From Tubiluchus corallicola (Eukaryota > Animalia > Priapulida): a stretch of 64,000 nt of DNA. How positions within the stretch are numbered: the stretch's first letter is position 1; the number at the start of each line of letters is the position of its first letter. The notes beneath the pieces are model-generated. The model searched no databases and was not told where the DNA came from. It saw only the letters and a program-made list of their open reading frames with translations. A program made the translations under genes and the position numbers. The stretch spans positions 108,175-172,174 of the forward strand of contig JAQGDQ010000477.1 of NCBI GenBank assembly GCA_030141605.1, given 5' to 3'. Of the stretch, positions 26,253 through 64,000 are shown piece after piece.

Positions 26253-27014
26253 CTACTCCAAGTTTTCGAAATCGTACACATCTTTTGGGGCATAAATATT
26301 CTTTAACGTGTCTATACATAGGTCAAAATCACTCGGCTTCCTGTTCTTATCAGGCGCCAAAGGTACAGGCCCAGGAATAATTTCGAAGCGCTTAGCGAAC
26401 TCGACAGGTACGTCGGGAATACGATAAAGATGATATAGCTGTCCGTTTACCAGCGTGATGTCATCGACGTACATTTTCTCCTTGGCGTCCTGCGACCACT
26501 GTGCACGCCGGATATCATAGTCCACCTTCTCCTTCTCTTTAGCCAGCTGTTCGCTTTCGTAATCGTTAAGCGGCTTCGTAAACCCGTTACAGGTTGAACA
26601 CGAGGAATGCAACGCGCGGTGTTTACTTTCGAACATGTGGCTCAACATCTTGAACCAAATCTCGACACAAGACTCAACCATTTGCAGGTGGAATGCAGTT
26701 CCTTTAACAGAATGTCCCGAACACCAGCAGCAGAGCAACGTTACGAGCTGCTTCAGTGAAAGTCGACTGACGACGAAGAATGAATTAGCGCGCACCGGCG
26801 TAAACGCACCACAGTCTTTGCTTTCACATTTCCACGTATACTCATCCGGACTATCGTGAGGCGAGAGAATACAGGGCGACTTGCACTGCGGGCAATTCAT
26901 TGATTTACTTATCAGCCCGGCATTTTGCAGCCACTCGATTGTTTGCTCTGAGCTCGAAGTCACCTCTTCCGAAAGTCGGTCCACGTTCCACTTTCTTTGC
27001 TTAATCGGAGCCAT
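26253..27014 (-). CDS. Merlin/ISXO2 (IS1595-like) transposase-derived protein, N-terminal Zn-ribbon/HTH only, 253 aa
   Basis: WLQNAGLI...CPQC...WKC...C...VRANSFF..SRLSL..L..LLCCW...EIWF pattern matches eukaryotic ISXO2-like N-termini; no VEIDE/DDE block follows; intact ORF; upstream acceptor tttttctag at 27133-27134. Confidence 0.75.
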   Translation of the reverse strand: MAPIKQRKWNVDRLSEEVTSSSEQTIEWLQNAGLISKSMNCPQCKSPCILSPHDSPDEYTWKCESKDCGAFTPVRANSFFVVSRLSLKQLVTLLCCWCSGHSVKGTAFHLQMVESCVEIWFKMLSHMFESKHRALHSSCSTCNGFTKPLNDYESEQLAKEKEKVDYDIRRAQWSQDAKEKMYVDDITLVNGQLYHLYRIPDVPVEFAKRFEIIPGPVPLAPDKNRKPSDFDLCIDTLKNIYAPKDVYDFENLE

Positions 27015-28836
27015 ACTTTTTCAAATTATGGAACACGATCCACATGTCTAGTATTGCCTATGCTTATCTGTATAGCCTATAAAACAGGTGTTCATAAAGC
27101 GCTGCATCCGGAACCAGGGCCAACCTCGATGCCTAGAAAAATAAAACACACAAATTAAACTATAACCTAACAAACCAACAATGATACTCTAGAAAAGATT
27201 TCTTAACTTAGCAGCTGTACTACTAATGATGCTTAGCAGAATTTTACACTATTCTACAATTAGGTGTTCCACATTTTTCAGGTACTCGCCGGGTACTTAA
27301 GCTAAACTGCTGTTTTGGTTTTTAACCAGTATGTATGGCTCAGAGAGTACGCAAGAGTAAAAAACTGACGAAATTACACTTCCGCTACAATACTACTTTT
27401 ATGCAAGTTATTTTTTAAAAAACTCCATTTTAACAATTTATACCTATGATTGATAAAATCATTTTTTGCTATAATCCTAAATTGGATACCGCATGCTAGT
27501 GACTATTCCCTAAAGCAAGAAATGTGAAACCTAAATCATCTAAGAACAAATCATGCAAAAACAACATTAGAACTTATTTTAGTAAACATATTATGAGCCA
27601 GTTTTGAGTTATCCTCGTAATCATGACTCCACAGATATTTATGTGAACTGCACCACATATTTTTCACCACCAGTGTGAAAACACCTTCCATTTTTCCAGA
27701 CCGATTTTAAAAAAAAAGTTTGTACCCTCAGTTAGAGCAGACCACGCTCTTAAATTAAGTAAGAGTGACCATTTTAATGGCTGACAAAATTTATTTCTAA
27801 ACGTGGTTTTGTATTAATTACTGTTTTCCCATAGTAACGACATACACATCAGTGTATACACGTGTACAGTTGCACAACACAGCTGCTAAGTGCTTAGCAA
27901 GCAGATGAAAGTCGAGGGTAAACAGTTTACTGTTCGCGAAGCACTATCACATGATAAGGATTAAGAAAGCAAACAGAGTTAGCACTGCTCGCAGGTAACC
28001 AATCCATATTATTAATACTTAACACGTACTTTTACCTCTCACACTGCGGTTTCGTTTTTCGAGCAGTAAGTTCATTAACATTGCTACATTAAACACTGCG
28101 TAGTAGACAAAGGTGCACGTCTCTTGATTATTTAAACTTTTAGAGCTATCATCGGGCAGTAAATACTTCTGTTTGCATCTAATCGCCAGGATAATATTTT
28201 TTGTCACGCACCCGGCCGGGAATTTTATCATTTTTTTGTACGTTCATATACTTACTTGACACAGTCATACAGAAGCGTATATTTTTAGCTTAAAACATAA
28301 AACGCAATGATTATTATAACATCGTTCTCCAAGGACGCGGCACTGCTTTTCCACGGCTACCTCTCAACCAGGGTTGCCCTTTTTGTATGCTCATTGTATT
28401 GGAAGTTAAAAAGTATTGAATTTTCCGCCAAATTGGTGTATTAGTAGCCGAGTAGGTTGCCACTTATACCATAACTATCAGAACATGCATGCTCATCATA
28501 CAAAAAGACACTATACAATAATCGATAATTATACAATAATTTAGTAATGCGAAACTAAAAACAAAGAGTGAAAAAATGTACATTGAAAAAATCTAACACA
28601 TTACTGATAACAAGTGGGAAATACACAAACTTTGGTGTCAACTGATTTTAAACATTGCGCGATTCAACCTTAAAACATTCACAAAGCTTATTTTTTTTTA
28701 AAAATTACCTCCTTTCCTACTGACATCTTTTGAGCTCAGGAGATAACATAGAAATAAAGTTTTTGTGTGGCCTCAGCCTGCCACTTTAACTAATAATGCG
28801 AAATAGCAAAAGATGTTTTGAAATAAGGACATAGAC

Positions 28837-29007
28837 CAGGGGTGTGCAAATTATCTGACTAGCCGGGCCACATTAAACTTTCCCGCAATTCCTGTGGGCC
28901 ACAGGCAGTTTGATCAAGGAGCCAAGTACAGAATGGCCTAATAACGTGGCCACGTGTCTCTTCGTGGGCACAAATTCCCTCGGCGGGCCGCAATTTGCAC
29001 ACCCCTG
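28837..29007 (+). mobile_element. Buster/Charlie-type hAT MITE, copy A (internally deleted)
   Basis: CAGGGGTGTGCAAATT...AATTTGCACACCCCTG; perfect TSD ACATAGAC. Confidence 0.92.
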
Positions 29008-29639
29008 ACATAGACACTTAGAAATAAGGATACTCTACACAATTCAGCAATATTACTTCCTTTTAAAAAATGGGCCTGTTGCCTAAAGATTACTAACTAG
29101 CGATAATGTTGCCAACATTAGAATATCACTCTTTCAGTAAATAACACAATTCAAAAAATGATAAACAATAAAAATGTACATACTACACTGTTGAGATTTA
29201 GACTCTTCTGAATCTGCTAATGATGAACTAATGATTCATCATTAATGCTATTAATGAGATACATGCCATTTATGGAAAAACAGAGCGCTATAGAAAATTT
29301 ACTCTGGAAAGCATGGTAACAGATAATTTTATTATGTCTTTAACTGAATTTCATGTGTAATCTAAAACAGTTTAAAAGTAAAATACAATAACTAGATAAC
29401 AAGAGAAGTGATTTATCGACTTTTGCAGTTACTAAACTAACCCTTGTAATTGGAATGCAGTGTATCTAGTGTAGCTTTTCATACATTTGCTTTTGTCTTT
29501 TTATTATATTGCCAATGTTGTATTCCACCTATGACGCCTACAAAATTGCTAACTTGCTTGCAATGGCTAAGAGACCTAGCCATAACACGGTTTCTGATGG
29601 TCGCACCTCAACAGTTTATGATATTAAAACATATTTAAT

Positions 29640-29900
29640 GCTTCAGCAGTTTCACTATTAAGTGAATTCCAAAGGCTATCAACACTAGGAGAGAAGTGGG
29701 TTCGGATACTAACGCGAGATATTGTACAAATAATTTGCAGTTGTGTCCACGTAAATCACGTAGCGCCCTAGAAAGAAATATATCATTACGTAACATATAA
29801 ATACCACTGACTTTAATAAGGATGACTTTACAGTAGTTAGGTATTAGATCTAAAGTATCACGGCATTGTTCAAGAAAAGACGGAGTCTGTGTGAAAATCA
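29640..29900 (-). mobile_element. Degraded CR1-like LINE 3' fragment
   Basis: LRGHNCKLF resembles the CR1 TRGH..KL C-terminal motif. Confidence 0.4.
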
Positions 29901-32413
29901 TGGGCCAGACTAATACATCTTCATTGAGTTCTTTCTAAAGTATCTTGAAACCACCCAATGCGTACTCAAATATTCGTCTAAACTCGGCTTTTTACAGAGG
30001 TACAATAACCAACATCAGATCACATTTCTTTGCCTTTGGGCATCATGTCGTTCAACCATGGAATCATCTTTCATCATCAACCATCAGTGCTTCATCAGTT
30101 TCAAAAGGCGTATGAGAGAGAGGACCATTTATAGATAGTTACCACCTAGGTCCTTATTTCTTTGGATAAGGTATTCTTCGATAAGGTACTTGTACTTTTA
30201 AATTTTAGCGACATTACGTGATGACATGTAGAGCATTACTTTTTAAACAAGACCTTTAACGCTTCGTAATCGATATCAATATTTCCATTTACTGTATAAA
30301 TTGAGACATGCCTCATGTGATTACATTTCACAATTATTAAATTTACTTAAAAGTAAAACTAAAAGCTATTTTTACTTTTACTTTATAATTACTGCCAAGT
30401 TAAACGGTTAGTTACTGCAAACAGCTTAACCTAGGCGCTTACGTTTCAATAAAAACCATAACCAATGTGAACCTAAAGCACGTTGGATTAAACAACGGTT
30501 AATAATTACCTTTATTAACAACATTATTTAAGAATAAAACTCTAAATTTTTAAATTACGCCATTAATCACTCAAACAGACGCTGAAATGCGCTATCTATC
30601 ATTAAACCTGAGAAACAGTTTTAAGTGCTGACCATAGATCTAGATTCAGTCATCATAGTTATCTTTCGGCTACGTTGTTACACATAGGCGTACAAGCCGG
30701 GCGGGGAACTTTCCCCCAAATTCGAGCAATCACCAAGTTATTCGGGCACCGGTCAAATGATGAAAAAAATAAAATAATATTTTTCATAAAAGGAAATCCA
30801 GAAATCTCTCCATGCTGCCAAAATTAAATCCGAGCATTTTTTGATCATGGAGTAGGGTGAGGCTGTTCTAGGTGAGAAGTCGGAAAGAATAATAAATAAG
30901 TATAATGTAAGGACAGAGACTATAAAAGAACAAAAATCGAAACCCTCGAACGACTAGCAAGGGCATTTAGAGAAATTATGGAATCAAGAGAAAACAGAGC
31001 TATTATAATGGAATGTAATGAAGGGGAACGGTGACACTCGTATGCAGAATCAGGACCATATAATGATGTCAGAAGAAAATAATCTGCTCTTGCACACTTT
31101 GGTTGTGCTCAGCTTGGAAAAGATGAAGTGGAACCAGTGAACAGTTGAACCACAGCAGGTTCATGATGTGAATAAGTTGTTTATACTGCACAGTAAACAT
31201 CTGAATGATAAACCCAGTCAAGGCATGAAGTCGTAAAACATATTTGTCTCACAAGTATGAGGTCAGGAAAATGATGACGTATTGATATCATCCTGATGTT
31301 ATAGGATACTCATAAATTCACAAGCATGACCTCATAATGATGTCATATTGGGCTTCGAAGCGTAAGCTCATATGGCAGTCACATTCATGGTTAGAGTGAG
31401 CTCATAATCTATTCATGTATATGACCTCATAGAAACATCATGGTTACGATATCACAGTGAGCTCTTAAATGTGAGCCAATAGTCATTGTTCTGATATCAA
31501 ATTGAGCTCAATCTACTCATGTGTATAATCTCGTAGAATTGTCCCAATCACAACGTTCCTTGAGCTCTTGCAGTATTAATATAATTTTCATTTGCAAGTT
31601 CAACTGAGCATACTTAACAAGATATTAATTAACACAGTTTATTCTACAATGAAAATAATCCGACATTTTGCAAATGTGTTAAAAATAATGACTCAATAAT
31701 AATTCTGTTTTAGATCAACACAGCTGATGGACTAGCAAACGTGTTACTGTTTTGACTAAAATTAATGTCGCCTTAATTCTTAAGATGCTAGATTTATTCA
31801 TGTGGTCTCAAATTTTGACAGTTAAAATCTGAACACAGTGAATGGTGCAAATTTAACGCATTACTGTATGACATTACATGAAAATTTTGCTAAAAAATTT
31901 GAACAGGAACAATGACGCAACTCATTGGCATCATAACAATGACCGTTGCAAAATTTTATAACAGTCATGATGAACAACTGCACGTGGACTACTGTTGCTG
32001 CTAGTTTTGGACATTTGCTTTGATTTTGCTGGTGATTCAAGAAAGAATTAATGAAATACTATCTTACTTCTGTATTAAATTTTATAAATATTATTATTTT
32101 TTCAATATCACAGCATAAATTAACTCAGACACTGATACACGAGTATACTTACACTATCAAATTTACAAACTATTAACACAATACAAGAGTCCAAAACTGC
32201 TATTAACCTGCTTGATAACACAGCAATTCTAAAATGTATTATGCATAAGTTATGTAATAATTCTGTAAGTACATTATAAAGTTCATCATAAGAAAGTACT
32301 AACGTATTAGGTAGAAATTAGCTCTTCATATATTGCCGAATTCTGCTGAATCTTATGCTAAATTTGAAATGTTATGATGACTAGACAGAAGAATAATAAG
32401 TGACCAATTAGAC

Positions 32414-32882
32414 CAGGGGTGTGCAAATTATCTGACTAGCTGGGCCACATTAAACTTTCCCGCAATTCCTGCGGGCCACAGGCAGTTTGATCAAGGAACC
32501 AAGTACAGAAAGGCCTAATAACGATTTTTTAGCATCCGACCTGCGTACATCATTGCTACTACACTCAAGAAACTATTTAAGTTACTAAAATTTATATTAC
32601 AAACCATATATTTCTACTTTCAGGAGAGATAGTGGTAATTTCATTACAATGCATATTAGTAATGTGTATCACACAGTCTGTGTAGTACAGTGTTATTAAA
32701 CTGCAACCATCTTGTAAGGGTTAATGGCATCCGATCTAGAAAAAACTACCCGCACTATCTTTGGGATCGTGGCACGGACTTCAGCTGGATACACTCAATT
32801 AATCGCCCGGGCCACACTTTCATTAGGTTGACCAATTGGGCCGCACAAATTCTCTCGGCGGGCCGCAATTTGCACACCCCTG
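32414..32882 (+). mobile_element. Buster/Charlie-type hAT MITE, copy B
   Basis: Same TIRs as copy A; perfect TSD AATTAGAC. Confidence 0.92.
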
Positions 32883-33415
32883 AATTAGACAATGAATGTA
32901 AGCCAGACTTTTATGAAAATGATGCTTTCATACAAATGGAATTAACAATGCTGGCATCATGCACAGACAACAATACAACTTTTATAAACAATGCAATTTT
33001 ACAATGCAAAACAAATGAATTGATACTTTATACAGTTGGTAGTATAGTACATTTATCTACTAATGTGATAGCAAATTTTGGTAACATACATTATTTGCAG
33101 ATTTAACAAAAGAATTAGTTTCAATTATTTTGTACAATTATGCCATTATAAAATAAAATAGCTTTATAAAATTATGAAATGGTTTATTCATGTGAAATGT
33201 TGCCTTGAATATTATCCTGAATATAATGATGTAAAGGCAAACCAGTTGAATTCTTAAATGTATTAACTTAGATGTTTCAGCAGGTAATCTAGGATGTGCT
33301 CTACCAGCTTTAATTCAATTTTTTACATTCCTGATATATGTTATCGTAGCAAAAGGATGCAATACTCTTCATGAATACCGTAGTAGGTTATTTAATTGCA
33401 CAATACTGCTGACAT

Positions 33416-60309
<26,894 letters not shown>

Positions 60310-60749
60310 CTGAAAATCATAAAGAGCAAAATGCATATAAATGATTGAAAAGATGATTTGTTTCATCGCAGACTTCAGACGGGTCTCAGTTTATTTGACT
60401 GGCTGGCACCACACAGACTAGCGCGGAATGCAAAAGATTAGGTTGTAACACACTCACACCTACATGGACGTACATTTTTCATTCCACATACTTGGAAAAC
60501 AACAAATATTAATAACAAGGAAGCAATGTTCAAATGTATTACACAAAGAACAACGAGAGCAGTATGATAGCGAAACAAACCTCCTTATTGAGTTACTTCG
60601 CCAGTGAGTAACCCGAAAATGCATTACAGGGTGTAACACAAATTTCAGACACAATAACAAGAAAGAAATTCCTGCAGTTTCTTAGAAATTCTTAGAAAGA
60701 AATACTAATCTCAGTAAAGAACAGCCACATTAATATTGAAATCTGATCT

Positions 60750-63700
60750 CAGAGAAACAAGAAATACAACAAACTCAATCATTAAAGAAACAACAAGTAC
60801 AACAAACTCAAACGTTAAAGAAACAACAAATACAACAAACTCAATCATTAAAGAAACAACAAATACAACAAACTCAATCATTAAAGAAACAACAAATACA
60901 ACAAACTCAATCATTAAAGAAACAACAAATACAACAAGCTCAAACGTTAAAGAAACAACAAATACAACAAGCTCAAACGTTAAAGAAACAACAAATACAA
61001 CAAACTCAATCATTAAAGAAACAACAAATACAACAAACTCAATCATTAAAGAAACAACAAATACAACAAACTCAAACATAAAAGAAACAACAAATACAAC
61101 AAACTCAAACACTAAAGAAACAACAAATACAACAAACTCAAACATTGAAGAAACAACAAATACAACAAACTCAATCATTAAAGAAACAACAAATACAACA
61201 AACTCAAACATTGAAGAAACAACAAATACAACAAGCTCAAACATTAAAGAAACAACAAATACAACAAACTCAATCATTAAAGAAACAACAAATACCACAA
61301 ACTCAATCATTAAAGAAACAACAAATACAACAAGCTCAAACATTAAAGAAACAAGAAATACAACAAACTCAAACATTAAAGAAACAGCAAATACAACAAA
61401 CTCAATCATTAAAGAAACAACAAATACAACAAACTCAAACATTAAAGAAACAACAAATACAACAAGCTCAAACATTAAAGAAACAACAAATACAACAAGC
61501 TCAAACATTAAAGAAACAACAAATACAACAAGCTCAAACGTTAAAGAAACAACAAATACAACAAGCTCAAACATTAAAGAAACAACAAATACAACAAGCT
61601 CAAACATTAAAGAAACAACAAATACAACAAGCTCAAACATTAAAGAAACAACAAATACAACAAACTCAAACATTAAAGAAACAACAAATACAACAAACTC
61701 AAACGTTAAAGAAACAACAAATACAACAAACTCAATCATTAAAGAAACAACAAATACAACAAACTCAAACATTAAAGAAACAACAAATACAACAAACTCA
61801 AACATTAAAGAAACAACAAATACAACAAACTCAAACATTGAAGAAACAACAAATACAACAAACTCAATCATTAAAGAAACAACAAATACAACAAACTCAA
61901 ACATTGAAGAAACAACAAATACAACAAGCTCAAACATTAAAGAAACAAGAAATACAACAAACTCAAACATTAAAGAAACAGCAAATACAACAAACTCAAT
62001 CATTAAAGAAACAACAAATACAACAAACTCAAACATTAAAGAAACAACAAATACAACAAGCTCAAACATTAAAGAAACAACAAATACAACAAACTCAAAC
62101 ATTGAAGAAACAACAAATACAACAAACTCAATCATTAAAGAAACAACAAAACTCAAACATTAAAGAAACAACAAATACAACAAGCTCAAACATTAAAGAA
62201 ACAACAAATACAACAAACTCAAACATTAAAGAAACAACAAATACAACAAACTCAATCATTAAAGAAACAACAAATACAACAAACTCAATCATTAAAGAAA
62301 CAACAAATACAACAAGCTCAAACATTAAAGAAACAACAAATACAACAAACTCAAACACTAAAGAAACAACAAATACAACAAACTCAATCATTAAAGAAAC
62401 AACAAATACAACAAACTCAAACATTGAAGAAACAACAAATACAACAAGCTCAAACATTAAAGAAACAACAAATACAACAAACTCAATCATTAAAGAAACA
62501 ACAAATACCACAAACTCAATCATTAAAGAACCAACAAATACAACAAACTCAATCATTAAAGAAACAACAAATACAACAAGCTCAAACATTAAAGAAACAA
62601 CAAATACAACAAACTCAAACATTAAAGAAACAACAAATACAACAAACTCAAACATTGAAGAAACAACAAATACAACAAACTCAATCATTAAAGAAACAAC
62701 AAATACAACAAACTCAAACACTGAAGAAACAACAAATACAACAAACTCAATCATTGAAGAAACAACAAATACAACAAACTCAAACATTGAAGAAACACCA
62801 AATACAACAAACTCAATCATTAAAGAAACAACAAATACCACAAACTCAAACATTGAAGAAACAACAAATACAACAAACTCAAACATTGAAGAAACAACAA
62901 ATACAACAAACTCAATCATTAAAGAAACAACAAATACAACAAACTCAAACACTGAAGAAACAACAAATACAACAAACTCAATCATTGAAGAAACAACAAA
63001 TACAACAAACTCAAACATTGAAGAAACACAAACTCAATCATTAAAGAAACAACAAATACAACAAACTCAAACATTAAAGAAACAACAAATACAACAAACT
63101 CAAACATTGAAGAAACAACAAATACAACAAACTCAAACATTAAAGAAACAACAAATACAACAAACTCAAACATTAAAGAAACAACAAATACAACAAACTC
63201 AAACATTAAAGAAACAACAAATACAACAAACTCAAACACTAAAGAAACAACAAATACAACAAACTCAATCGTTAAAGAAACAACAAATACAACAAGCTCA
63301 AACGTTAAAGAAACAACAAATACAACAAGCTCAGAGATTAAAGAAACAACAAATACAACAAGCTCAAACATTAAAGCAACAAACTCAATCATTAAAGAAA
63401 CAACAAATACAACAAACTCAAACATAAAAGAAACAACAAATACAACAAACTCAAACATTAAAGAAACAACAAATACAACAAGCTCAAACATTAAAGAAAC
63501 AACAAATACAACAAGCTCAAACATTAAAGAAACAACAAATACAACAAGCTCAAACATTAAAGAAACAACAAATACAACAAGCTCAAACATTAAAGAAACA
63601 ACAAATACAAATCAAAATTAAGAAACAACAAATACAACAACTCAATCATTAAAGAAACAACAAATACAACAACCAATCATTAAAGAAACAACAAATACAA

Positions 63701-64000
63701 CAAGCTCAAACATTAAAGAAACAACAAATACAACAAACTCAAACATTGAAGAAACAGCAAATACAACAAACTCAAACATAAAAGAAACAACAAATACAAC
63801 AAACTCAAACATTAAAGAAACAACAAATACAACAAGCTCAGAGATTAAAGAAACAACAAATACAACAAGATCAAACATTAAAGAAACAACAAACTCAATC
63901 ATTAAAGAAACAACAAATACAACAAACTCAATCATTAAAGAAACAACAAATACAACAAGCTCAACATTAAAGAAACAACAAATACAACAACTCAAACATT
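60750..64000. repeat. 33-bp satellite (AAAGAAACAACAAATACAACAAACTCAAACATT)n, running off the window end
   Basis: About 98 units with occasional non-triplet deletions. Confidence 0.97.

Noticed and set aside
60711-63995. Long ORFs (481, 475, 760 aa) as mucin or membrane proteins
   Set aside because: Open on both strands because the 33-bp unit lacks stops in several frames; frameshifting deletions; no unique coding flanks

Overview
AT-rich, repeat-dense animal (invertebrate) genomic DNA with spliceosomal introns. It is not prokaryotic, and I found no CRISPR array or rRNA. Four protein-coding loci are supported. (1) An intronless CLN3/battenin gene (11222-12580, -) has a CLEAR-like E-box/CRE element just upstream. 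(2) A single-coding-exon C2H2 zinc-finger gene lies at 18176-19264 (+). (3) An intact ORF at 26253-27014 (-) keeps the N-terminal Zn-ribbon/HTH of a Merlin/ISXO2 (IS1595-like) transposase but has no DDE domain, so it is a candidate domesticated gene. (4) The 3' part of a large minus-strand gene was assembled by hand from 15 phase-consistent GT-AG exons (60309 to 33416, about 756 aa). It encodes REJ-like region - furin site - GPS-like motif lacking HL/T - SEA-like domain with GSIIV - one TM helix - Pro-rich tail, i.e. a single-pass polycystin-1/REJ-like receptor. Intergenic and intronic DNA contains a defective Buster/Charlie-type hAT nested in a solo LTR (an empty-site copy lies nearby), hAT/piggyBac/Kolobok/Tc-mariner-like MITE families, LINE 3' ends, a tRNA-derived SINE, two Penelope-like inverted repeats with minimal hammerhead ribozyme motifs, and many micro/minisatellites. 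All family assignments come from motif recognition, not database searches.
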